A stretch of 64,000 bases of DNA from Polymyxa betae A26-41. Taxonomy: Eukaryota > Protista > Endomyxa: Phytomyxea. Below, piece by piece: positions 25,227 through 37,678 of the stretch. The DNA is taken from assembly GCA_003693705.1 (NCBI GenBank), contig RBZT01000954.1, positions 191 to 64,190 of the forward strand. Reading direction: 5' to 3'. The position numbers and the translations under genes are program-made. The notes under the pieces were generated by a model, which worked only from the letters and a program-made list of their open reading frames with translations, was not told the DNA's origin and did no database searches. How positions within the stretch are numbered: the stretch's first letter is position 1; each line of letters starts with the position of its first letter.

Positions 25227-27621
25227 AACAAGAGCTCAAACGATGGTTTTCTTTGTTTTCCGAGATTGCAGGGGAATCGATCTAAATATCCATGGTACGA
25301 ACAGGCCATCGGCCTGTATGTTATTATCTCACTCCTCAACAACTCGAATCTGGTTCAAGACTGTTTCGAAATGGTCATATTCGATCATTACCAACCTCGA
25401 CTATTTCATATGATCAATCACCACAAAGTTCTGTGCTCGTACCTGTTGCAATAGTAATAACTTGTTCATATTATTCAATGGATGTTCAGTACCATATGTT
25501 ATGTCTCGTGTCCATCAACATGGTTTAATATGAGATCTGCAGCTGTGCAATTTATTACATACTACAAACAGTCTTCCAGACGAAGAACGAGAAATACAAC
25601 AAACCTTGAAGATCTTCTCTGAACTCATGATTTTACAACTCACGAGATGATGGACGTCTAGACAGATTCTGCCATTTACGAGCTGGATTTAATGGAACAC
25701 AGATCTAAATTAGACTGAATAAGATGACTAAGACCATCGTTCTTGTTATCATTCAGTACAGTTTCTGCTCCAAATCATTCTGGCGATTTAAGGGTGGAAG
25801 ATAGCTGACATTAGCCCTTAGCGCATTCCTTTCATCGATTTAAACGCTGTTCTTCAAGTTCAGCTTTAATACGATCATCAGCTTTGATGTAGTCGAAAAT
25901 AGATGAAATCAGATTTGTCACTGATTGTACGAGAGTCTGGATCTGAACATCGATCATGGCGACCCCTTCACAACAAGTACTCAAAACTAATCTGATAAAC
26001 ACCAGCAGAATGAATCTTTAGACAGATTCATGGACTTCCCTCGAAACCATTCGCGGGGAGACGGACTGGGCCAGCACCACCAACGAATGATGCCTGGTGA
26101 TCAATGGATAATGGATACAATATCAATTCCATAATAGAATTGTTGGAACAAAATCATCATCTACTTGATTCGAATACCTATTTAACGATAAATTTTTACA
26201 GTAGATTGTTAATGAGATAAAAGTCGATGATATTAATGATAGAAGCTGTCTAGATAAAGATCTGGAGCAGATTGCAATAGAGATCAAATCCTATTTGATA
26301 TTAGAGCAGTTGGTTGGCAAATACACATGCAAGGAATTGCCATGTATGATAAACATATTGCCCGGAAAGAAGCAAGATAAAAAATATGTAACTTTATCCT
26401 TAGTGTCTTATTGATTTAAAAACAAATTCAGAGAGACTTTGTAGGTAGTGAAAATGAAACTACAATGAACTTGGCCAGATTGAAGCATCAAACACCACCA
26501 GCGATATCACAATGACATCGCAAAGTATAATGACAAGAAAATTGCTGCCTCTCGGTTTTCATGAGATAACATAACTGCCATATTGTTAGCATGAAGTGGT
26601 AGATTCTGAAAGCGACGAGGTTTTAAATAAAACATGTCAGGTTAGTGTCTTAGATAAAGTACGGTGTCGGTTAAGAAGTCGAACTCCAAAGCCATACAGA
26701 TTACAGACATGATCGATGTCTACAATGTTGATGATCATCTCATTTCATACGATAGGAACCGATATCAATATATTGTAAGAGATCAGCGATGCTGACGACC
26801 TGCAGGAATTCACAAAGAATCGCTTCTGCAATTATTGATCGAAGATTGCTGCCTGAAGCTCTTAAGGTTGAACATCGACCATGTTTTCCAGATGGAATGA
26901 TGGACCAACACTCGCCTGAGAACAGCGTGGCCTGACTTTTGGAAACAAGGAATGATGGCTGTATAGAAGCCAATATCAATTAGTATGATGGAAGGAGTTA
27001 GTATAGACAGAATGTTATATCCACTACAGAACAGTATGTAATAATAATGTTACTTCCTTCCTATCAGCATGTTGCCTATATTTATGTGGCGCAACCTTCC
27101 TTATCATTCAGCAAATGCAATTAATACGTCTTTAACGAGACATCTTCTAGTCTGGTTCTGTAGATTCAGCTAAAAGCTTCATCCCTCCGGCTGGTTCTAT
27201 TACGAACAATACGAAGTCGCTGCTAATATTGTACTCAGGGGGAAATGCTGGATGCTAGCATTATCCAAAAATCCAGCTACGATGCCGCTGTACTTCTGTC
27301 TGAATGTTTAGCAAGATCGAGACCTAGTTGACCGAGATTCGATCGAGATTTGTGCTAGCGGTTGAGGTTCCTCCTATTGATCAGTCCTAATCTCATCATG
27401 CATCAAAGGAGCATTTATGACAGAGATCCTCTGCAGCATGAGATCCGAGTACACAAGTTGACCAATAATCATGTTGATAGAAAATGCGATCGATCATTTG
27501 AAAATATCTGTCATAATTCAGATCAGGCGTTGCATCTGGTACACTTCGGAAATCAAGTAGGATCCACGAGGTAAACTTCATATCCAATATCTCGCTTTAG
27601 ATATACACCAAATCAAGCAAA

Positions 27622-29302
27622 ATGGATTCCCAATGGAACATAACCAGCATCGACAACATAACCGATTCGAGTGAATCTCATGAGGCGGCATTACCTCTTG
27701 AAACCGCTCTACAGCTACACAGTTCATTACAGGCTATCTTGATAGCAACAGTGTTAATTGGTGTCACATCAATGATCTATCTACATAGTAATCGGCGTGT
27801 TCGTAAACGTATATATGGTCCATTAGCATCTGGTACAAGTAATCAGATGATGTTTATGGTTGATGTTGGACTTGTCATTACTGCTCTGTTTCAATTCTGT
27901 GCTATTGTATTCCATGAAGTACCATGTGCTGTACATAGTGCTCTAAGTACATGTTATATTCCAATCTCTGGCATTGTATTTCTACTTCGAGCGTGGGTTC
28001 TGGCCGTACAGTTTGCTCGAGTACATGAACAATTACGTTGGGTGAAATTGTACCAGATGCCGGCTAAACAACGTGCTGAATTTGAGAACCAGCCTCTATC
28101 ATTATCTACACGTATTGATATCTGGATCACATCACACCCGGCCTTTCTGGACCCACACCTGCTAATCCCCATCAGTGTAATATTTAGTATTATGATGTGG
28201 ATTCCATCTATTCTTATTGATGTTCACAATCAATGTGATCATGAATTAACAAATCGATGGAACGATCTTAATGTATTCATATTTCTAGCTCTAGCATTGC
28301 TATTAGCTACGAAAGTACGTGGAAAGATTGATACAATTGGTATCCGTAAAGAGCTGCAGATTGTGACCGCTACCTTCGTTATAATGCAGATATTCCTGGT
28401 ATCACTTCACCCTGTTGAGGATTCGATTATCTGGAATCACGACCAAGATGTTGATGCTCTCGAGGAGCAGTACGGCGTCGAGATGGTCTTCTCCTTTTGG
28501 TATGAACACACAATCAAGTCCATCCACATTTTCCTACTGATCATACTGGTCGCTGTACGGCCAGTATTGGGAATATTGATGCATAAGGATAGATTCTCTT
28601 CCAGTAGGACAGTTCAGCAGAGATTACAGGAGGTGAGTTCATGAAAAGTTCACTCTGTGTCTCTCGTGTGTTTTGTGTTATTAGCTATCGAGGTTCATAT
28701 CGTCTCTTTTATGTTTTGTGTTCTATCAATAATACTTGTTGGCTGAATGCAAGTCCAGATTCTGAACGACCGTCAACGAAAGGAGGAATTCCGAGATTTC
28801 TTGCAACGCGAGTTCAGCATGGGTTAGTAATCTCATTAATGTTTGACGGTATACTAATGTCTATATAGAAAATCTCACATTTTATGACATGATTGCATCT
28901 GTATTTTTAGAATCACGAACTCTATCAGCATCTAATACGGAATCTGTATGGGATTTACAACGTACTTTAATAGATATCTATCATGATTTTGTTGTTGAAT
29001 CTGGCAGATTTCAAGTCAATCTGCCTAATGATGACCGACAATACATCGAGAAAGCCATATCCGAGTTAAAAGCAGCTAATGGAGCGTCATCAAATCAGCT
29101 GATCTCTTTGATCAAGGCCAGTATAGGAACGTACAGCCAAGCTCAGAATACAATCTTCAATCTGATGGCTACAGATTCTTTACCAAGATTCTTACGTGAA
29201 CGTGATGAAGATAACACCACACTGAGATCTTACAACACAGTTGTTAAATCTGGTTTATCAACTAATTTGACAGCTACTTCTAAGAGAGTAACTAACACTT
29301 AA
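27622..29302 (+). CDS. Multi-pass (7TM-like) receptor fused to an RGS domain, paralog 2
   Basis: Shares RAWVLAVQFARVHEQLRW and IRKELQIV with paralog 1. RGS motifs FRDFLQREFSM|ENLTFY, IYHDFVVESGRFQVNLP and IFNLMATDSLPRFL. Same intron positions as paralog 1. Confidence 0.85.
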
Positions 29303-29375
29303 TCTAAGCAGTATTGTAAGAGAGTAATACCTAATCTAAGCAGTATTGTAAGAGAGTAATACCTAATCTCAGCAA
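29300..29375 (+). repeat. 32-bp tandem repeat, about 2.3 copies
   Basis: TAATCTAAGCAGTATTGTAAGAGAGTAATACC at 29300-29331 and 29332-29363, plus a partial third copy. It overlaps the stop codon of the RGS gene. Confidence 0.95.
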
Positions 29376-29632
29376 TACTTATCTAAAATCTCACAAAACT
29401 GCCTTTCTTGCATATCGTCTCATTGTAAACCACCCAGAATTATATCGTTGTAGATCAATACGAAGTAATCAATCGAGTTTTTAGTAGGATGGGTTCTATC
29501 AATCCTGACATGGACTAATCAGCAATCAAGTGGATCTGGTCGAACTAGCCCTGTCCTGGCTTTATCGCTCCATTTCGCAATTCCAAATCTAATACTGTAA
29601 TATTCAGCTAGTATCAATATAATCCAGCAATC

Positions 29633-30565
29633 ATGCAGCGATTTATATACCCAGTTTTAATGATGGCTGCCGTCGTGCTGACTCTAGCCGCCATGCCTGC
29701 TGACCCGAATTTCGACAATATGACGGATGAGGAGATTATCAAGAATCTGAGTGAAATTACTGATATTGAGAAACTAGATTATATCAGTGAATCATCGGAA
29801 CGAATGTCTAATCTTTGTAAGCTCGCTCAACCATTACGTTTATTTCATCCAACAACACCTGATTGGCTCTTGTACGATCTCGTTAATAATGTCGCTGCCG
29901 ATCTACCTGCATACTCCCACATCATTACCAATAATATTCAAGACAATGATGTAGTCCAGTTCTGCCTTCGATTGATGGTCTACAACTTCCTCTCTAATCA
30001 ATATTCCAATAAGATGGAAATGCTGAGAAAGTTGAAGGACATCTATCCAGATATAACATTGTTAATGATCAAGTACTTTGAAGATATAGCATCTGAGACT
30101 AATGATGACAACACTCTCTGGAAAATGGAATGGCAAATCGATCTGCTGATTAAGTTGGAATGGTACAATGTCCAGATACTTCATCACATTCAACAAGTTC
30201 GTCAATCAGCAGAACCATTACGACAATGTCGCCTTCTATTCGGTGATGATATACGAGATGATCAACTGATTCAGCTGCTGGAATCTGTACATAACAACTG
30301 CAAACAACCAGCATATGCGACCGTACTGGACCAGGACATTACCGATTCGGATGCTATTAAGCTCTGCTTCCGATTATTGGATAGATGCTCGTATGGAAAT
30401 GTGAAGGAGAAATCACTGCAATATTTGAGTGAGATATATCCTTCTATACGCAGCCTGATGTTCATGAAATTAGACAATATGGAAGTTGATGATAACACTG
30501 AATCTATGCAATGGAAGGTAGAAGCATATCGTCAGTGTTTAGACAAACAAGGCTGGTCTCAATAA
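29633..30565 (+). CDS. Secreted protein with an F-box-like motif and two tandem ~120-aa helical repeats (effector candidate)
   Basis: Signal peptide MQRFIYPVLMMAAVVLTLAA, then FDNMTDEEIIKNLSEITDIEKLDYISESSERMSNLCK. An internal duplication follows (PAY..I.D.D....C.RL....L..IYP.I..LM....DDNT..WK.E...L.K..W twice). Intronless. Confidence 0.8.
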   Translation: MQRFIYPVLMMAAVVLTLAAMPADPNFDNMTDEEIIKNLSEITDIEKLDYISESSERMSNLCKLAQPLRLFHPTTPDWLLYDLVNNVAADLPAYSHIITNNIQDNDVVQFCLRLMVYNFLSNQYSNKMEMLRKLKDIYPDITLLMIKYFEDIASETNDDNTLWKMEWQIDLLIKLEWYNVQILHHIQQVRQSAEPLRQCRLLFGDDIRDDQLIQLLESVHNNCKQPAYATVLDQDITDSDAIKLCFRLLDRCSYGNVKEKSLQYLSEIYPSIRSLMFMKLDNMEVDDNTESMQWKVEAYRQCLDKQGWSQ

Positions 30566-30994
30566 ACATCCATCTCACCTCTCTGGCTCATTTGCTATCA
30601 CAATCACCAATTTCGCAAACTTCCATGAATGACAAACGATATTGACAAATGCTATGGTACTCAGGGACTTAATAACTTGGAATAGAAATATACTAACTAG
30701 GAAGAAGGAACATAATACGACCAAATCCCCAGTTTGTGATCTCATCGATAATTGCACTATTGATCGAAATTGATAGAAGGGGGATTCATCAGCCCTGATT
30801 ATACAATAAATGTATAATTGATTTCATTCTAAAAGAGTATTACCTAAACGATCCGTCGAACTCATGCAACAATTCCAATCCAATGTTGATTATTATAGTA
30901 TTTGCTCAGAACTGTGTTATTGTGGCCTTATCTGCAATACGAACCAGAACAATCCATGATATATTTGCAGGCTTATCTATAGAAAAGTCGATAT

Positions 30995-33350
30995 TTATTG
31001 AATAATTTCTAATGCTTGTTGTCTAGGAAGACTAAGCCATTGATCGAGTAATATATTATTATAACGTTGTTCTCTAAACCTGGATAGATGTGCCTGTGTA
31101 TTCTGTGTTGGAAATATTCGTACAAGATGACCACGTCTTTGATCCTATTAATACACATAATCAGTATATTGATTATCATATTGCATAGAGATCTCACCTC
31201 GGCCTCAAATTCTCTCAGAATTTCTATATCATGTTCTGATACGGTTGATTTTGTTAATGGTGATGGTGGCCTGGAGCTATTCACAATCTGTTCCGGCTTT
31301 CCAAGCCCGATCACACGTTTTAACCTAAATGATCATTGACAATCGTATTATGCGATATAGTTACAAGAACTGAAATGGCAAATATGAATCAAACAATGTT
31401 AAATAGTGATATAAATGAGACAAATCTGTATAAAGAAATGGTACCTGCGAGTTTGTGTTCTTCTTATAGTTCGTAGATCATTCTCAATAGCTGGAATCCC
31501 AATAATATGAAATACATCTGTCATTAACTTGGTCTTAATGAATTTATCTAATGCAGATGGTGTTCCTAATGATGGCTGTGAATTAACTTCTAATAGCCAT
31601 GGATGTAGATCAGCATCTAATAATATATCAAACCCTAATACTTCAAAGCATGCCTTCCTACATATCCAATATTAGGTTACATACAAGTCATGATATGTAA
31701 CGATATACCTTGGACATCGATATGTCTGCATTTTGTCGAACATAATATGTTCAACTGCTATAATAGATCTAATAGCAATATCATGTATTCTATCACGTAC
31801 TAGATCAACAGTCTCTATGTTATGTTGCTTTCCGAGATGGGCCAGTAGGGCCTTATAGCTCCATTTCGAGCCAATATCACCGGTCGCCCCGGACTTCACG
31901 AAATTCTTCGAGTGGCGATTCACAGCGAAATTCGTGAGATGGACGCCTGCGATTGAAGCAGGGTTAGGATTTTAGGGTTTCATTACAGTCTAGTACTGAC
32001 ATTTCTCTTTAAACGTGGCCCGCTCTAATGAGTATCTAAACATAAGCGATGTTCAGTCGACTGTATGGCATCTGCCATTTGGGTAATGACGCACCTCTGT
32101 GTCGCGAACCGTACCAGCCCATCATCCAGGGTATAGATACGGAGTGGATCCAGGCAGGTAATGACAAAATATAGACGGACATCAAATTTATGGTGATTGA
32201 TGAGATAAGGCCGATCAATATATCGACTTAATACAGATTTACATCGGGCTCCAAGTTGACTATAACGATCTATTAGACGTATACCCCTGTAACATCACCA
32301 TCAGGGGTCAGTACGTCCCGAAGACCATGCTATCTCAATACCTGCCACATGATGATGCATATGGTTTTTGAATCCAGATTGTATCTATGGCCGTACCAGC
32401 CGCTGTTTGAAATGCGATGCGATCTTCTGGTAAGACGAATGTCTCCGGTATAAAATCGGAACATTGTTGACGAAGATTCTGAGCTAACTTATCTTTACGA
32501 CTTAATGCCTGTGATCCTGTATCATAAGATATTAGGTTCAATCGTTACAGATATTCAGTTACTAACACGTTACTGACCTGGGAAATGATTCACCTTCTGA
32601 ACAGATGTTAAAAGTTCCCATTTATCTGGAGGTAATGTCTTCCCCCAATATAAATTACATCTTGCTGTACTTCGAGTAGGCTTTAATCCAGCAGATAGAG
32701 CAACACGTGATAGAACCTAACAATAGGGTTAGGGTTAGGGTTTTATGGGGTGCCCACGCACTTACCTGGTAATCGGGGACTTGATCCTGCTGGATCTTAA
32801 ATCTGACCACATGTTTGACAATCGGGGCGGTACGACCTGCCCGCTTTAAGTTCATGTACGTCGGGTATGGAAACGAGATCGTCGCCGACTGGAACGGGGC
32901 CAGTACGGCCCGCGGGCCGGTTGGGGAGGCAGACATGGCGCGCAGTACGGGCTCAGATACCGATCTGGAGAGTATAACATATTCAGGACTTTCATCGGAG
33001 TCCGAGAAATCCGAGACACTTGTTTCTGTATCGGAGTTATGATGATGCCCCTCTCTATCAATATTCTCTTGAGTACATCGTACTGCATAATCCGAACTCA
33101 TAATACGGACTCCGTAACCATTAGGTGAACTTGTACAATGACCCAAATCATCATATGTTGGAGATCTATTAATATGTGATGTACGTGATGTTCCTGTAAC
33201 AGTCGAATGCCGGGTCCGTGCTCGTCTCAGACCAGTACGACGTCTCGGTCGTCGTACAGGAGATCCCCGTCTGTTATTATGTGTTATATTAGGACGTATA
33301 CGTCGTCCATATATCTCAGCAGCCTCTAATGCTGCCTCACAATATATCAT
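30995..33350 (-). CDS. Tubulin-tyrosine ligase-like polyglutamylase (TTLL4/5-like), multi-exon
   Basis: Motifs QKVNHFP|GSQALSRKDKL, FIPETFVLP, WIQKPYASSCGR, YIDRPYLI..KFDVRLY, GLVRFAT, HLTNFAVN, GSKWS and CFEVLGFDILLD..HPWLLEVN.QPSL. Confidence 0.92.
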
Positions 33351-33476
33351 ATCCTATTATACCGACATTCAACTAACAATTTAATGGTCAGCAAGGCGTA
33401 CCCGACCGCCATCTATGTAACATTGTCTATGATGATGGGAAGCCTTCTCCAGTACTTTCATAATATTAAGATCGAT

Positions 33477-34907
33477 CAGTACTCGCCATATTCATAGAAA
33501 GTGGAAGTTCTCACGAGTACGGTGAAACAGAAACTGGAGAATGAATTCTGTAACAGAACAATTTAATAACTGTGTAGAGAGAGATGTTTATTGGATTTCG
33601 CTGGTAAAAGGTCAGCATGGATATTGTGTGATGACCTTTGATTGTTCAAACATGAGAGGTGGTTCTGCAAAATATGCCTTAATACCTAATAGAGGTATAT
33701 AAGTATTGAATAGAAAATCTACTGGTAGAAATGTATCTGTAATAGCACTAAGTCCCAGTACTTTTGTAGCAACACTGCGTCGTAACATTACACCATTGAA
33801 ACATCTGGTAGTATTTGCTTCATATAAATTAGCTGTTACTTGGATTTCACTGCTAATCTGAAAACATGTCCCCAGGAATACCATCTGTTACATTCGTTTA
33901 GTTTCCAATGTCACTGAAATTACACCAAATCTTTGTGATTGCATTTTAGTATTAGAAATGTCCGAAAAAGAAAAAGTTGAATCAAGAAACAAACGTTCTG
34001 GTGTTTTTGATATAAAAAATAAACAGAAGAACATCAAAAAATAGAGGTGAGAGCAGAGATCGCATAAACCCTCGACATCATTCCTCACCTCCCAATCTGG
34101 TATAGTTTGTAGCTGTGTTCTGATAGAATTTAATTTCCTCTGAAAGTCTGGTACGGTCATAACATCATCTTCAACAACAATAATTTCATCTGGATAAACG
34201 GCATTGTTGAGATTCTCAAATATCATCCATTGATTAAGTGTGGATAATAGATATCCTGCCTGCTTAGTATTTGGTGGAAATCTGGCTGTAAATTCATCCC
34301 ATGTCATATCAACAGCAGAACGAAATAATTTCTCTGATAGATAATGTCGATTATCATATGCTGTCTTAATATCACGATATGATACATAATCAACTTGTGA
34401 TCCAGCAGATATACGATCCATTAATTGCCGTCCTTGATCCAATCGATTTCCATATGCTAATACAAGCATGATGGGGTCGAGGGGGTGCTGGCCCCCCTCA
34501 TAATATCGGAATCTATTAACGGTCTCATGCAGGGAGAATCTATTCCACATCTCATTTCCGAATTGGATAACTCCATGTTTAATATCAGGCTGCGCGGACA
34601 TGGCCGAGACTGCATCACGGATCAGATTGTTGGAGATATTACGTCCACAGCATTGATAATAATGTTTCTGTAATTGATCTACAGTACGATCTGTATGGAA
34701 GATAGCACGGTGTAATGTTGTCTCACGATCACGTTCAAGTTGTCCAATCAAATGTCGCTGTATAGTCTCATGACTAAATATCAGTACTATACCACAGATT
34801 GTAACGATAATTATGAACACAGTAAACGTTACAGTAGGTAGTCTCCATGAACGAGATGATGATGTCATGATAGGTCCGATCGACATTATGTTCTGATCGT
34901 TCGACAT
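33477..34907 (-). CDS. Type II membrane glycosyltransferase, GT25-like
   Basis: N-terminal TM segment TVTFTVFIIIVTICGIVLIF. Catalytic-type IIVVEDDV..VPDFQRKL..DWE|MVFLGTC, plus LPVDFLF and AYFAEPPLMFEQ. The 3' end is approximate. Confidence 0.75.
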
Positions 34908-35171
34908 CGCAACAATACAGCGGATGACGTCCTGCGTGTGTCATCACTGAGTAAAACCCTAAACCCTCAGCAAATGACATGAAAACAAACCAAACCCCTT
35001 TTTAAAATATCAAATTGAAATCTTGCATGACTTAGAATTTTTTTTTGAAAAATGTAACGATTATTTCGGGAAAATAAAGCGAAAATTTCAACGAACCTGA
35101 CGGGTACAGGGTTATCGATCCTTGCCTGTCGAGGGTGGACGTGGACCAGTATTCCCCCCCAGCTTGCGCCA

Positions 35172-37469
35172 ATGCAGGTCGTGACGTGCTGCTGCGTGCT
35201 GGATCCTGGACGACCGTCTCGGAGTCCGCCAGATGGAACTGTGCGGAGATGGGGAGATGCCGAGTTGGTGGTGGGCCGTACCGCCCCGCCCGCATTATCC
35301 CGTACTTGGCTTGGACCTGATATTCAGCATAAATTCGGTCCATTTGATCATGTATTTGATGATACATGTTGTCAACAACATATCTATCATGAATCATTAC
35401 ATAATCTATCACATCGCGTATTTCAGGTTATCAATAATACCTGTTCAACAATTAACATATTTCACATAATCGCTCTTTTTAATAACAAGAAAACGCATTT
35501 CTACTTGGTCGCTGAATTCGTACAGTCCCGATGGCTGACTTTTGGAATATTGTGCTTAGGGTGGGAATATTGGTGTATTGTGTGTTGGTGAATGTGTTAC
35601 GAATAAGAGAAAGGTGATATTGGGACATGGTGCTGGTCTAAGACGTGGTCTTATACCAAGATTTATACAGGATCTATTTCAATGTATGTAAGGATATGTG
35701 AAGAGAGTCTTTAATGTCTGTATGTATGACTAATAATATCATAGATATGGATAGTGAAATAGATAGACAATATCATATACATGCAAGTATGATACAGATA
35801 TATAATCAATCATTAACTGATATTATTAATCCACATAATACTACACGATTAGCTATTGTAGATGATCAACAAGGTAACAATACTAATTAATACCCAATAT
35901 GCACTCCAATATCTCCTCTCTATATTTCTATGCTATCTAATGAGGCTATAATTTATATGGGATATCCCCTGCATTACGTGTTTATTATTCGTCATAGAGG
36001 GAACATACGTACGTGGACTAACAAGAATACAAATACATAATATGACAGATCTGTATCAATTCACGGAACAATTCCGCGTGGGCCAGCATCACTCCGCGAA
36101 TGGAGATCTCCTGCCAGATCCATCCCATTATATTCTACAATTCTACATCTATCAGCAGGAGTAACGTGATCGTACTGGTCCCCATGTCATTGAACGATGT
36201 GCAGTGTGCGTATATCGACGGTATCTTTCGTACTGGCTGCTGATAGTGCAGCTGTATTCCATGCTCGATCATGGTTAGGTGCAGAGGAGGGGGCCAGCAC
36301 CACCAGCACCAGCACCACCACCACCTCCTGTTTAAATCGAGATGCAGCACGGGATATAGCTGCTGTATCCCGTGCTATTCATGATCTGCAGCTGACACGT
36401 TACTATGTATCACATAGATCTGCTAAATTAGCACATCTACTGAAACCCGTGTATGTAACCCCCCGCACGGTCGTACTGGCCACCCCCTGGGGGTTATGGG
36501 GCGGCTTCTCCTCCCCAGGGTGTATCGGAATTCGTGACTAATACCAGCTCTCAGGCTATCTTCGAACGGGACCATGTTCGTGATTGGGGCCGTACGATCG
36601 CGAGGTCCGCCTCACAGTATGGCTCAAACATTGGCTATGCTTAAGTTCATGACGAACATATCATGTCCGGATGTGGACGGACTCCGTGATCGCAGACGGG
36701 TTCATCGTAACAGAATATCTCGAAAGATGTTATCACGTCCTCATACACAGGAATGTAACAGTTGCTCTATGTGTAACAATATCACACAAGACAATCTGCA
36801 ACATCAATACTGTTATCCAAATCATATAACCAAGCCCCATCTGTCAAAACAGGTCACATTTGCGAATGCTCGTGATCACGTTACACAGGTAAATTGAATG
36901 TGTTGCACTTGATATCGTTACATATGTGTATGTTTAGAATCTCGATAATAATAATAATAATAATAATGTCCATATAAAACATTCTGGTGACAATATTGCG
37001 AGAATGTATGATGGAAGTTCATCAATGAACAAGTTGAAGGTTTATGATACCCAGCTACTACATGATTCATTCACGTTACTGAATAATGTTACAGGAGACA
37101 AAGATGGCTATGCTACAGGCTGAGTTAGATGCGTTCCAGCTCTCTATGGAGAATGCTGCACGTATTTCATCGTTACCTGATACAGATCGCAGATCCGTCG
37201 AGGGCCGTACTCGCCCGCATCTCACATCACTACGATGTTCACATGATAGATCTATTAATGATCTGTTACATAAGACCACAAGAGGCACAGAGAATTGTCA
37301 TGATACTCATAATATGATAGATAGAGATATCAGTAATGATGAGACATTCCTCACTATGAAACAACGTATTGACAGATTAAGATCGAAATTAAAAGAAACG
37401 TATGATGGACTTGATCATCTCGATCATAAAATGTCCAATATTACACTTAAAAATGTAAATGATACATAA
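35172..37469 (+). CDS. Kinesin-like protein with degenerate motor motifs and a C-terminal coiled coil, multi-exon
   Basis: Spliced reading in kinesin order: FGPFDHVFDDTCCQQHIY, Q|GGNIGVLCVGECVTNKRKVILG..GLIPRFIQDLF, IHASMIQIYNQSLTDIINP, GTYVRGLTRIQI, PSHYILQFYI, STVSFVLAADS, YVSHRSAKLAHLLKP, MFVIGAV..QTLAMLKF. The last exon is a coiled coil. Confidence 0.8.
36945..36966 (+). repeat. (AAT)n microsatellite encoding poly-Asn
   Basis: About 7 AAT units inside a probable exon of the kinesin-like gene. Confidence 0.9.
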
Positions 37470-37678
37470 ACTTGATGTATGACGAAAATGTAATCAATGA
37501 AGAATCTGTATCAGAAGTTGACACGATCGAATAAAAAATTGAAAACTTATTGTAGATGAGTGAGTCATGAAAATATTTATTGAGTCAACATGATGGTAAA
37601 ACTGTGAACTAATCCTCATCTGTCCTGACCAACATCAAACTTTGTTTTCAATTAAGTTAACCTTGTGAGTTATTTATT

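Noticed and set aside
29300-29375. 32-bp repeat as a CRISPR-like array
   Set aside because: Units are directly adjacent with no spacers, and the context is eukaryotic.
32758-32775. ACTTACCTGG resembling the U1 snRNA 5' end
   Set aside because: It is the reverse complement of a consensus 5' splice site (CAG|GTAAGT) of the minus-strand TTLL gene.
35032-35412. 126-aa minus-strand ORF and other short antisense ORFs across the window
   Set aside because: They are shadows of real genes on the opposite strand (here the kinesin-like exon 1) and carry no motifs.
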